A stretch of 64,000 nt of DNA from Octopus vulgaris (lineage: Eukaryota), in assembly GCA_951406725.2 (NCBI GenBank), contig OX597821.1:14322001-14386000 (forward strand), written 5' to 3'. Below the pieces are notes generated by a model. It worked only from the letters and a program-made list of their open reading frames with translations. It ran no database searches and was not told the DNA's origin. Shown in pieces: positions 12,487 through 25,248 of this stretch. The translations under genes and the position numbers were made by a program. The number at the start of each line of letters is the position of its first letter. Positions within the stretch are counted from its first letter, which is position 1.

Positions 12487-13255
12487 TCATCATCATCATC
12501 ATTTAACGTCCACTTTCCATGCTAGCATGGGTTTGGACGATTTTGACTGAGGGCTGGTGAACCAGATGGCTGCACCAGGCTCCAATCTTTATCTGGCAAA
12601 GTTTCTATAGCTGGTTGCCCTTCCTAACGCCAACCACTCTGAGAGTGTAGTGGGTGCTTTTTACGTGTCACCGACATGGGGGCCAGTCAGGCGGTACTGG
12701 CAATGACCTCACTCAAATCTTTTTACATGGGCCACTGGCACAGGTGCTAGAGAAGCAACGTTGGTAACCATCACGTTCGAATGGTGCCCTTTTATGTGCC
12801 ACGGGTATGGAAGCCAGTTGGCTGCTCTGGCTACGATCATGCTCGGGTTGTGCTATTGGCACCCTACTAGCACAGGCATATATATATATATATATATTTG
12901 CCAGCACCATCTTGGTTGGCTTCTGTGCCGGTGGCACGCAAAAAACACCAACTGATCATGGCTGTTGTCAGCCTCCTCTGGCCCCTGTGCTGGTGGCATG
13001 CAAAAAGCACCAACTGATCGTGGCCATTGCCAGCCTCCCCTGGCCCCTCTGCTGGTGGCACGTAAAAAGCACCTACTACACTCACGGAGTGGTTGGCATT
13101 AGGAAGGGCATCCAGCTGTAGAAACACTGCCAGATCAGACTGGATCCTGGTGCAGTCTCCTGGCTTCCCAGACCCCAGTTGAACCGCCCAACCCATGCTA
13201 GCATGGAAAACGGATGTTAAACGATGATGATGATGAGGAGGAGGATGATGATGAT
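12487..13255. mobile_element. Two family E retroposons head-to-head (minus ~12487-12875, plus ~12900-13255)
   Basis: (CAT)n..TTTAACGTCC..CCATGCTAGCATGGG on the left and its reverse complement on the right. Confidence 0.8.
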
Positions 13256-13279
13256 GTATATATACATACATATGCACAT

Positions 13280-13313
<34 letters not shown>

Positions 13314-13319
13314 TTTTTT

Positions 13320-13724
13320 TTACTTGTTTCAGTCATTTGACTGCGGCCATGCTGGAGCACCGCCTTTAGTTGAGCAAATCGACCCCAGGAGTTATTCTTT
13401 GTAAGCCCAGTACTTATTCTATTGGTATCTTTTGCCGAACCGCTAAGTGACGGGGACGTAAACACACCAACATCGGTTGTCAAGCAATGCTAGGGGGACA
13501 AACACACACACATACACATATATACATATATACATATATATACATATATATACATATATACGACATGCTTCTTTCAGTTTCCGTCTACCAAATCCACTCA
13601 CAAGGCATTGGTCAGCCCGGGGCTATAGCAGAAGACACTTGCCCAAGATTCCACGCAGTGGGACTGAACACGGAACCATGTGGTTGGTTAGCAAGCGACT
13701 TACCACACAGCCACTCCTGCGCCT
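13320..13724 (-). mobile_element. SINE, family A
   Basis: Full-length match to family A. Confidence 0.9.
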
Positions 13725-14159
13725 ATATATATATATACAAACACACTCATGCCTACATTTATAACTATGTATATATATATATATGTAGAGAGAGATACAT
13801 ATATAATATGTATGACATGTTTATTTGTCTATGCAGTATTTCTGTCTTTATCTCCTTCTCCTCCTCTAATCATTTTCCCCAATCAGCTGACATTTCTTTT
13901 AGTTTCTGCTCTTTGACCATTGTCCCTCAATACCCTGACACTTTTTCTCCACTACTTCCACTTCTTTATCCTTCCTATTCCCAGTTCATTTATATACGTC
14001 ATCAACTGTTTTGACATTTGGCGTTCAGTAACTGCAGTAATATGGATTGTATGTAAATGAAGTAAATTAGTGTTAGCAAATGTTTATGAAATAACGCAAA
14101 TAAAGATTATACAGAAGTACCTCAGTTTTTGAACACCTCTGATCATGAATAAATCATGC

Positions 14160-14190
<31 letters not shown>

Positions 14191-14194
<4 letters not shown>

Positions 14195-14420
14195 CGAGCT
14201 GGCAGAATCGTTAGCACACCGGGCAAAATGCGTAGCCGTATTTCGTCTGCCATTACGTTCTGGGTTCAAATTCCACCGAGGTCGACTTTGCCTTTCATCC
14301 TTTCGGGGTCGATAAATTAAGTACCAGTTACGCACTGGAGTCAATATAATCGACTTAATCCGTTTATCTGTCCTTGATTGTCCTCTCTATGTTTAGCCCC
14401 TTGTGGGTAATAGAGAAACA
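14191..14420 (+). mobile_element. SINE, family B
   Basis: Full-length match, inside a (TA)n run. Confidence 0.88.
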
Positions 14421-14434
14421 TATATATATATAAT

Positions 14435-14820
14435 CATCATCATTGTTTAACATCTGCTTTCCATGCTAACATGGGTTGGACGATTTGACTGAGGACTGGT
14501 GAACCAGATGACTGCACCAGGCTCCAATCTTGATCTGGCAGAGTTTCTACAGCTGGATGCCCTTCCTAATGCCAACCACTCTGAGAGTGTAGTGAGTGCT
14601 TTTACATGCCACTAGCATGAGGTCCAGTCAGGCGGTACTGGCAATGACCTCGCTCAAATGTTTTTTCACGTGCCAGTGAGCCAATGCTGGTAACGATCGA
14701 AGCCAGTTAGCCACTCTGGCAATGATCACACTTGGATGGTGCTCTAAGTGCCCCACTAGCATGGGGTACAAGTGCCAGTAAGGCAACATTGGTAATGATC
14801 ATGCTCGAATGGTGCCTTTT
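14435..14820 (-). mobile_element. Retroposon family E
   Basis: Colinear with 12487-12875. Confidence 0.8.
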
Positions 14821-14831
14821 ATATATATACA

Positions 14832-15229
14832 CTAGCAGTATCACCCGGCGTAGCTCGGGTTTGTAAGGGAAATAACTATATAAGCATTTTTTGAGAGTTA
14901 TAGCAAAAAAATAGCAAAAAAATGCATTAAAAATGGAAAAAAAATTATGGTAAATTTTTTTTAAAATCGTTGACTCATCGTAGACATTTTTAGAGAATTA
15001 TTTCCCTTATATAATAGCGAAAAAATGCATTAAAATGGAAAAAAATGATGGTAAATTTTTTTTAAAATTTTAGACTCATCATAGACGCGCGCTAATACCC
15101 AGAAGGGCTCGATATGAATCACGACTATAAGATACCTGGTTTTGGTTAAACTGCACCGCAAAATGTGGGAGTAGTTAGGAATCTAAATCGTAGGAGACAG
15201 ACACACAACTTCACTTTTATATATAAAGA
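14832..15229 (-). mobile_element. Non-autonomous Helitron
   Basis: On the minus strand: A^TCTTTATATATAAAAG 5' end, CCCGAGC-tac-GCCGGG hairpin, CTAG^T 3' end; internal tandem duplication; second copy at 42791-43174. Confidence 0.88.
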
Positions 15230-15748
15230 TATAAAGCACAATTTATTTGTGATCAGGGGCGTTCGTAAACCGAGGAACTACTGCATGAAATGAATATGAG
15301 AAAGACAGGAGATAAAGCATGATTTATTCATGATCAGAGGTGTTCGAAAACTGAGGTACTACTGTATTAACATTCACCCAATCCATTTTCTTCTTCCTCT
15401 TGTCTTTGAGGTTTAATTACAAACTCTCCAGTTATCTACCTACCTATCTTTGAGGAACTACTATGAAGTCTGTTCTTTTGCGTCATCAACAAGTGACATT
15501 TCTCTTTTGTCCCATATAAGTTTCAGTTCCCTATGCTAAACTCTTCTTCTGCCTAGCATAAAATACATTTCACTGTTTGAATTGTTTGTATTACTATTTG
15601 ATAAAACAGTACATCACAAGTTTTCTTGTATTCTACCGCTAACCATATAATTTTAAAAAGAGTTGGTAAACGAGTTACTATGTTGTAAGATGGATTGGAG
15701 CATGGCATTTCTGTATAATCAAGCACTATGCTGAATATTGTAAACAGA

Positions 15749-16155
15749 TAGGCACAGAAGTGGCTGTGTGGTAAGTAGCTTGCTAACCAACCACATGGTT
15801 CCGGGTTCAGTCCCACTGCGTGGCATCTTGGGCAAGTGTCTTCTGTTATAGCCCCAGGCCGACCAATGCCTTGTGAGTGGATTTGGTAGACGGAAACTGA
15901 AAAGAAGCCTGTCGTATATATGTATATATATATGTGTGTGTGTTTGTGTGTCTGTGTTTGTCCCCCTAGCATTGCTTGACAACCGATGCTGGTGTGTTTA
16001 TGTCCCCGTCACTTAGCGGTTCGGCAAAAAGAGACTGATAGATTAAGTACTGGGCTTACAAAAGAATAAGTCCCGGGGTCGATTTGCTCGACTAAAGGCG
16101 GTGCTCCAGCATGGCCACAGTCAAATGACTGAAACAAGTAAAAGAGTAAAGAGAG
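15749..16155 (+). mobile_element. SINE, family A
   Basis: Full-length match to family A. Confidence 0.9.
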
Positions 16156-16565
16156 AGGTGTTCTTTAACATTTCACTGTCTATAAAATGGACCAGCTACT
16201 AAAATAATTGTCAAAATGTTACCATATAACAAATCTGAGGCAAGTATGACTTCAATACAGAATAGACAGATGTTTATATTCACAGTCAGAACAATGGTGA
16301 TGACAATGATGATGATAATGATGATAATAACAATGATGAGAATATGATGACAATGATGATGATGATGATGGTAGTGATTGCAAAAATAACACCAGTAACA
16401 GGTTAGGAAGTCTGATTTTAATGCTGGCTTACTTAGCATATAAAACAGAGAAGTAAGTATATTTGAATATTAATTCAACATTGATATAACTGGAAAAATT
16501 AGGTTTTGCTGCATTCATAAAATGTAAAGTATAATTGCAAATACAAATTAAACTTCACTAATTAA

Positions 16566-16785
16566 CCCTTTCGATACCAACCCGGCTGAAACTGGCCTTG
16601 GCTCTGAGTACAAATGTCTTGTTTCCATAAGTTTTGAATTAAAATCTTCCACCAAACCTTAGTCCCAATTTATGTTCCTAACACTAGCTTAATGATAACT
16701 AAGTTATTTTACTAAATTCTTTGTTATATTTAGAGTAATTGAAAGAAACGCAGAGCATCTCAAAATAAATAGAGTAACAAAAGGG
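16566..16785 (+). mobile_element. piggyBac-type MITE
   Basis: TTAA|CCCTTT...AAAGGG|TTAA; same family at 20459-20679 and 40321-40540. Confidence 0.9.
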
Positions 16786-17291
16786 TTAAAGATTTGCTGG
16801 TGAAGTACAGTAGTTTGAATCTGTTGGTCATTAGTTTGCAGTGGCTACTGTTTAGTCAGCTGTAGCACCACCAAGCTGTCACGGGTGTTTTTACATCCAT
16901 CACAGCTTCCTTACAGTTGTACATATTACAGTACAGGTATAAATATAATAATTTTTTTTTATTAATATTGTATCCTTAGAGATATCTTCTAAGAGATACT
17001 GTGTATGCACTGGAATTCTAGCATAACACAAACATAGGGAATTAACACTGTTACGGAAGGAGTCAATACAAGAAGAAAAAATCCCATAGAAAGAGGAATG
17101 TTGATGAGAACCTTATGTGCAGAATAATGATAAGAAATTATGTTTATGTATTTGTTTTGTGAGATTTTTGATGTGAAACCATACATTGAAACAGATATTG
17201 TTATACTTGGGGGTGGCCATATTTTGATAATTAGACACAAGCAGAAACAAACTAAAATAATAATAATAAAACTGAAGTAAAGACTAAGTGT

Positions 17292-17553
17292 GTGGAGGTG
17301 CGTGGCTTAGTGGTTAGGGTGTCAGCATCATGATCGTAAGATTGTGGTTTCAATTCCTGGACCGGGCGACACGTTGTGTTCTTGAGCAAAACACTTCATT
17401 TCACGTTGCTCCAGTCCACTCAGCTGGCCAAAATTAGTAACGCTGCAATGGAATGGCGTCTCATCCAGCTGGGGATCACATACGCCATTGAAACTGGGAA
17501 ACCAGGCCCATGAGCCTGCTAGGCTTTAAAAAGGGTGCATTTATTTTATTTAT
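17292..17553 (+). mobile_element. tRNA-derived SINE, family D
   Basis: A-box TGGCTTAGTGG, B-box GGTTTCAATTCC; 14-bp TSD TAAAGACTAAGTGT (17278-17291, 17554-17567). Confidence 0.9.
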
Positions 17554-17908
17554 TAAAGACTAAGTGTATAGTGCATGTGCTTAATTGTCAAAATATGACC
17601 ATACCCAAGTATAACAATATAATGTTTTGTTACAATGAGAAAACAATGATAGAATGTTAACTGGTGTCAAAGTGTAAGAAAGGTATTGAATATAAGAAAA
17701 GAAGAATTAAATGAGCTGAATAAATATAGGTGGAAAGGGCCCTTATGTTGTGATAGTTGTAAATTCAGGATAATGATGGGAGCATGCATACCTGAAAAAA
17801 GGGTCACTGAAGAAGAGCAACTTAATATTTAAGAACAATTTGAATATGCAAACTGTTCCTAAATGTCAGTTAGATCCATGTTTGTGTGTGTATGTGTGAG
17901 TGTGTGTT

Positions 17909-17960
<52 letters not shown>

Positions 17961-18050
17961 TTTATCACAAGAGCAAGTTTTGTTTCTGATCACTGATCGG
18001 CAAGGGAAGAGCTATGAGTCAATTTGCTCCACACCATGTTTCAGAAGATT

Positions 18051-18435
18051 GGGGGGAAGCACTCCGTTGGTCACGACGACGAGGGTTCCGGTTGATCCAA
18101 TCAACGGAATAGCCTGCTCATGAAATTAATGTGTAAGTGGCTGAGCACTCCACAGACACGTGTACCCTTAACGTAGTTCTCGGGGATATTCAGCATGACA
18201 CAGAGAGTGACAAGGCCGGCCCCTTGAAATACAGGTACAACAGAAACAGGAAGAAAGACTGAGAGAAAGTTGTGGTGAAAGAGTACAGCAGGGATCACCA
18301 CCATCCCCTGCCGGAGCCTCGTGGAGCTTTAGGTGTTTTCGCTCAATAAACACTCACAACGCCCAGTCTGGGAATCGAAACCGCGATCTTACGACCGTGA
18401 GTCCGCTGCTCTAACCACTGGGCCATTGCGCCTCC
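18051..18435 (-). mobile_element. tRNA-derived SINE, family C
   Basis: GGAGGCGCAATGGCCCAGTGGTTAG head on the minus strand; 11-bp TSD TTCAGAAGATT (18040-18050, 18436-18446). Confidence 0.9.
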
Positions 18436-18651
18436 TTCAGAAGATTACCACCGATGATATCCTGCAATATATCCTCTACAACATTTAGAATTTGTTTTCC
18501 AGCAGTTTTTTTTTCTTTTTTTTTTTAACTGCAGATATCACAGATAGCAATCCAAATATCTGACTACATAACTCAGATACCACAGATGTAGCCACCACCT
18601 CAGATATTACACAACTTTGATTTAGAATGCATATGAAAAATAAATATATTT

Positions 18652-19043
18652 AGGTGCAGGAGTGGCTGTGTGGTAAGTAGCTTGCTTACCAACCACATGG
18701 TTCCGGGTTCAGTCCCATTGTGTGGCATCTTGGGCAAGTGTCTTCTGCTATAGCCCCGGGCCGACCAATGCCTTGTGAGTGGATTTGGTAGACGGAAACT
18801 GAAAGAAGCCCGTCATATATATGTATATATATGTGTGTGTTTGTCCCCCTAGCATTGCTTGACAACAGATGCTGGTGTGTTTACGTCCCCGTCACTTAGC
18901 AGTTCGGCAAAAAGAGACCGATAGAATAAGTACTGGGCTAACAAAGAATAAGTCCCGGGGTCGATTTGCTCGACTAAAGGCGGTGCTCCAGCATGGCCAC
19001 AGTCAAATGACTGAAACAAGTAAAAGAGTAAAAGAGTAAAGAG
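18652..19043 (+). mobile_element. SINE, family A
   Basis: Full-length match to family A. Confidence 0.9.
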
Positions 19044-20458
19044 TATAGAAACATTAACATTCAAGAGGAATAAATGTTTGCTTTTTACTCACACTAAGAG
19101 GCCTGTTTTGCTTTGCTTTTTCTTATTAATTTACTTAATTTATGTCACAGTACAGTAAACTTATAACACAGAATCAGCACTTTGTAATAAACAAGTCAAG
19201 AAAAAATGAAATAGATTTATGCTCATTTAAGTTCTATCAGTATCATATATGATATAAAATAAGCTTTATGTTTTTCCCTTTTTACTCTATCTTTCATTGG
19301 TCAGGAAATTTGCTATTCCAGTGCCTGTCTAATCCCAAGTTCACTGGATTAGTAAGGCTCAACCTGTCTGAAGTAGCAAGAATTTCCAAATTGATTTCAT
19401 TTCGGTGGAAATTTTGCAAAAAATAGCAGTTCTGAGTATTATTTTAAATAAATTGTTTATTATATTTTATAGTTTTATATTAAGTTTTAACTTCAAAATA
19501 TATTGCTATAAACAGGTAATTTAAATAATTGTTTTGTCACATTATGTATGTTGTTGAAATCTAATCAAATAAAAAATTTAACAATACTAAAACAACTTTT
19601 ACTGTAAAACAAATAGCAATTTTTGATGTAAAATTTAAAGGATAAAAATTCCAATACTTTGCTAGAGTCATACTTCAGTCAAACAAAAATATTATTTGTA
19701 GAATGTATTTATTTTATAATAGTGAAAAATCTCCCATTTGGTCCTTGTATTATATCTTTATATTTTGAGATCTTTTGTTTTGAAGCTCTGGATTGTTATC
19801 TGATTTTTTTGTTTTTCAGATGTGGATTGCTATCAGTGATATCTAAAGTTTAAAAAAAATGCTAGAAAACAAATTCTAGATGCTGTAGAGGATATATCAC
19901 AGGATATCATTGCTGGTAATCTTTTGAAACATGATGGGGAGCAAACTTCACTATTTCATAGGTAAAATATTAACTGCCAGAAGGAGATCAAGCTATAGTA
20001 TCATTTATTATAACAAAATACATAATGTTCAAACCGTAGGAAAATATCAACCTGCTAGCAAGGAAAAATAAATACGAGAAAACAGACCTGGGAATAAAAA
20101 TTCTTGCCCCAGTCATCATATTTTATACTCTTAGCCTAAGGACATTACAGTATTTATTTCACTTAACTGAAAAATAAATCCCTTTATTCTTCTTTAGGAA
20201 AAGCCAAGAATATTATCAAAATAGCTATAAGTAGCAAGCTTGTATATAACAAAGTAAGACATACGTTTCCACTAATTGTTTTAGGTGTTTATTTTGTCAC
20301 AAGCAAACAGAGAAACCCTGTCAAACCTTTCACATTGGACCCAGCAACACACAAGGAGTGACACCTTTTGGAAGAAAGAAAAGATTACACCAGCACTCAG
20401 CTGATACTTATTTTCAGCTGAGTTGGATGGAGTAATGTGAAATGAAGTGCCTTGTTAA

Positions 20459-20679
20459 CCCTTTCATTACTGTATTTATTTTGAGATGCTCTGTGTTTCT
20501 CTCAATTATTTTAAATATGACAAAGAATTTTGTAAAATAACTTAGTTATCATTAAGCTAGTGATAAGAACAGTAATTGTGAATAAGGTTTGGTGGAAGAT
20601 TTTAATTCAAAACTTATGAAAACAAGACATTTATATTACAGAGCCAGAGCCGGTTTTAGCCGGGTTAGTAACAAAAGGG
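20459..20679 (-). mobile_element. piggyBac-type MITE inserted in an old family-D-like SINE
   Basis: TTAA|CCCTTT...AAAGGG|TTGA; reverse complement of 16566-16785; SINE remnants on both flanks. Confidence 0.85.
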
Positions 20680-21328
20680 TTGACACACTGCAGCATCACA
20701 TCAAGGAATCAAACCGTGACTTTATGATTACGGGTTGAACACACCAACCACTAAGCCACAGATATATAACATGAACATCTAATTTCTTGCAAATGTCTAA
20801 ATTTAAAAAGCTTTAAAATCTTGTGTAGTTGTAAAAGGATACTGAAAGATAAAACTAAAGATTTCATAGTTGGTCTATAATGTTTGCAGAAGGTTACTCA
20901 ATAAGTAAATGAATAAAAATAATTAAAAAAAATAATGTAATTTAAAGAGGCTGTTGTTTTTTCTTTCCATCCATGAATGGAAATATTATTCTAAAATATG
21001 CAGACATTAAGGATCATGAGAAAACTCAAGAAAAGTGACTTTCACATCAAATCGAACTCGACTTCATTAAAACACAAATTTCATACAACGTACATAATAG
21101 CCCATTACTTATGTAAATTGGTTAAAATTGAAAAAAATAGGAGCAAGCACAAGAGTTTTAAGATACCTAAATATAGTTTTCTTTATAAACTATTGTAAAG
21201 TATCTTAAATTATGCAAATAAAGATACAGAATTCCATTTTAACAAACAAATTTAATTCCCTAAACGAAAAACAAATCAAAAAGATGTTTTCTGCTCTTGA
21301 TAAAGTTAAAAATTAATTTTGTTAATTT

Positions 21329-21694
21329 CTTTACTCTTTTCCTTGTTTCAGTCATTTAACTGCGGCCATGCTGGAGCACCACCTTTAGTCGAGCAAATCG
21401 ACCCCGGGACTTATTCTATTGGTCTCTTTTGCCGAACCGCTAAGTGACGGGGACGTAAACACACCAGTATCGGTTGTCAAGCAATGCTAGGGGGACAAAC
21501 ACAGACACACAAACACACACACATATATATATATATATACGATGGGCTTCTTTCAGTTTCCGTCTACCAAATCCACTCACAAGGCATTGGTCGGCCCGAG
21601 GCTATAGCAGAAGACACTTGCCCAAGGTGCCACACAGTGGGACTGAACCCGGAACCATGTGGTTGGTAAGCAAGCTACTTACCACACAGCCACT
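21329..21694 (-). mobile_element. SINE, family A
   Basis: Match to family A with a small deletion. Confidence 0.88.
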
Positions 21695-22278
21695 TAACTT
21701 CATTATTATTCTAAATCATCATCGTTGTTGTTGTTGTCGTCATCGTTATCATCATCATCATCATCATCATCTCCCTTCCCTTTCATCGTCTTCATTATCA
21801 TTTTATGTCCACTTTGCATGCTGGTATAGGTCGGATAGGTTTTTATCGCTCTTCTAGCTGAGTCAGAGGACAACCTTATGCTCATAAGCTTAATTTTTGA
21901 GTTTTATTTTTTTTTTCTGGTTGGATACCCAATCATTATCTACTTTCACTTTCTGTTTTGCATTTAACAAGATTTAAATGGTCTTATTGATCCCAGAGTT
22001 AATAAATTTTTGATGAGGAACTTTTTATTCCTAATAATTTCTTTTTATCTACAAATTCAGTATTTTCTGTTATTATTAAAAAATATGCTTAAATTACTAT
22101 TATGCTTTGATGTCATTAGTTTTCAACTGATATCTTTACAGTTGGGAAGTTGCTAACAGTAGATTTAGTTTCCTGTTCTACAAAATATGTTTTATTGTTT
22201 AACTACTTGTCAACTAGTTAATGAATGTTAGATGTATGTATGTATGTATGTATGTATGTGTGTATGTATGCATGTATG

Positions 22279-22346
<68 letters not shown>

Positions 22347-22354
22347 GAGAGAGA

Positions 22355-22722
22355 TGCAGGTGTGGATGCGTGCTAAGAAGTTTGCTTTGCAGCCACATGG
22401 TTCTGGGTTCAGCCCCACTGCATTGCACCATTGTGAGCAGATTTGGTAGAGATGGAAACTGGGAGAATCCCTTTGTATATACAGCTGTATGTGTGTGTGT
22501 GTGTGTGCACGCATGCATTTGTATCTGCATTTGGCTCCACCACCACTTGACAACCAATGTTGATGTGTCCAAGTCCTCATAACTTAGCAGTTTGGCAAAA
22601 GAGACCATTAGAAAGAGTGCCAGGCTTATAAAAACCAAGTACTGGGGTTGATTTGTTTAACAAAATTGCTTCAAGGCAGTGCACCAGTATGGCCGCAGTT
22701 TGATGAATGAAACAAGTAAAAG
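22355..22722 (+). mobile_element. SINE family A, older diverged copy
   Basis: Recognisable head, body and GAAACAAGTAAAAG tail. Confidence 0.75.
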
Positions 22723-23798
22723 CTAATATATATATATATATATAACTTAGATCCCGAACCTTCTACTTGGAATTAGAACTTCCCTTACTTTACTAAAAAC
22801 AAACAATATACTTCAATAGGATATGAATGTATTACAACTTTTTCTATAAAGTGAAGAACATGAAGAATATTCTATAGCCAAAAGTAAGTTTTAGTCTTAT
22901 CTGATTAAACTAAACAGTTAAATGCTTTTTCAAAAGAAAAAATAGGAATTCTAACAGCTTAAATATCATTTTTATTTCAACTCTTTGATACCATACAATA
23001 ATAGAGAATAGTCTTTGTGAATGTGTAAAGAACTATATGATTCATAATTATGTAAACACGTTTTTATACAAATCAATTTACTTGAAAAATGGCAAATGAA
23101 AATAAATACCAAAGAAACTACACAAAACTTTCTTCACTCTAAACTGTGATAAAACATTTAATTAACCATAAAATTTCAATTATCATTCTAAATTGCTTAG
23201 AGTATTATTTAGTTATATGTTATACTGGTAGAAGTGTGTTAAGAATTTTATTTGATAGATGCCTTTTAAATAAATTACTGTATTTTAAAATTTAAAAGAT
23301 ATTTTTCATGCATATTCTATAGAATTTTAACTTGACAAATTGAGTTTCTAAACAGATTTTTTATTCCCAGTTCATTCTTAGTTCATTTCACTTAGGTCTT
23401 GTGTTTGTCTGTTTAGCATTGTCTGTAATCTGAGTTAAGATGAGCTGAATTGTGTAGATTTACTCATTATACACTACATGAAAAAATTTTCACTGGTGCT
23501 TCAACAATTCAATAAAGATTATGCAATAGTTCACATTTTTCTCAGATAGATGAAATTTTCTTTCTTTAATTCAATGATTTGAAGGAGCACTAAATATTTC
23601 ATTTTGTACTTGAAGGTGCACTAAATATTTCATTTTATTTTTGTCAACATACAAGGTTGTCATTTTAATTTACTGAACTTAGTAATTCTTTCTAATTTTA
23701 ACACAAGGCCAGCAAATTTGAGGGGTGAAGGAAGTCACATCGACCCCAGTGCTCAACTGGTACTTATTTAATTGACCTTGAAATATTATTATTATTAT

Positions 23799-23830
<32 letters not shown>

Positions 23831-25248
23831 ATAATAATAATAATAATAATAATTATGATAATAATGATAGTGATAATGATAATACTAATGAATGAAAAAA
23901 TAATAGTAATAATGATAAAGAAACAATAACCCTTTCCAAGGCTTGAGACATTGGGGGAAGGGGGTAGTCAGTTACATAAACCCCAGTACGGAACTAGTGC
24001 TTATTTTATTGACCCCGAAAGGCAAACTCAACCTTGGCAAAATTTGAAACTCAGAATATAAAGACAGATGAAATGCTGCTAAGCACTTTGTCTGACATGC
24101 TAATGGTTCTGTCAGCTTGCTGCCTTAATTCAACTTTTGGTACAAACCAATAATTGACTGTTACTTATTCTATCAACCCTGAAAGGCTGAGAAGGCAAAG
24201 TTAGCCTCAAAGGAACTGTAATGAGAGATGAAATATCACTAATAATTTTGTCCAACATGCTGATGATTCTGTCAGCTCACTGCCTTAGCAGCAGCAGCAG
24301 TAACACCACCACCACCACCACCATAGAATCTCTAGGTGTTGCCTAATCTGCGAGGATTAGCATCCAAATGTAATCTATCTCTAACCCCACCTTATTAAAC
24401 TTAGGAATGGAAAGCACACACTACATAATGTCATTCTAGATAGATTATGCATGCAAGGTGGAAAATTAGCAGAATTATTAGAGAATCATTAGCTCTCTGT
24501 CCTCTCAGTTCAAATTCTACTGAGGTCAGCTCTGCCTTTCATCATAATGGGACTGATAAAGTACTCAAGGCTAGTTTGAACAGTTAGAGCAGCTTTCTTA
24601 ATGCTGTTCGCTATTTGGTCCAGCTCTTTGAATTCTGATGACAATATCTGAGAGAACATTGGCATTAATCTGTATCAACTCTTGCCTTTCTTTGAACAAC
24701 ACTAGTGTTGTGCAGATGAGAGGCATGCATGCATGGCTAACTCGTGGTCTTCTACAAAAACGACCTTGCCCAATTTAGTGCTTTGGAGAGTTAGAGAATT
24801 TTACAAGAGGAAATTCATTGTCTTGTGACAAATATGGAGGCCTCAGAATCTTGAAAAATAAAAAGAGGCAGAATCATTGTGGTCAGAATGCTTTTGAGTA
24901 TAGGTTTGCTTTATTAGACAAGATTTATGACTAATAACAATACGAAATAATACACCAGGAAAAAACAAAAGTAAAATCCCAGATAGATATGAACACAGAA
25001 CCACAGCATAAGGCATATGCATACTAAATACATACTAGAATATATATGTATATATAGAGATGAGTGTATTTTTACCTTGTTAACAATTAACACGGAAAAA
25101 AAAAAAAATAGTTACCGGGGCAGCAAAAATCTCACAAGTAAAGGTGTTGTAACTCCTTGTTTATAAAGGTAGAAACTTCGTATTTACGTTGAATATTTTG
25201 AATAATATGAATAAAAAAATGGAGTTAAAGCAGGTGTAATCAAATATT

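Larger units (their letters stand above)
14112..15364. mobile_element. Tigger/pogo-like MITE split by three nested insertions
   Basis: TA|CAGAAGTACCTCAGTTTTTGAACACCTCTGATCATGAATAAATCATGCT (14112-14160) is the inverse of 15315-15364|TA; a second, more diverged right end lies at ~15234-15291. Confidence 0.8.

Noticed and set aside
17292-17370. tRNA genes at SINE heads (also 18360-18435, 26244-26320, 46403-46480)
   Set aside because: A and B boxes are present, but heads continue into SINE bodies, several with TSDs, and no complete cloverleaf is evident.
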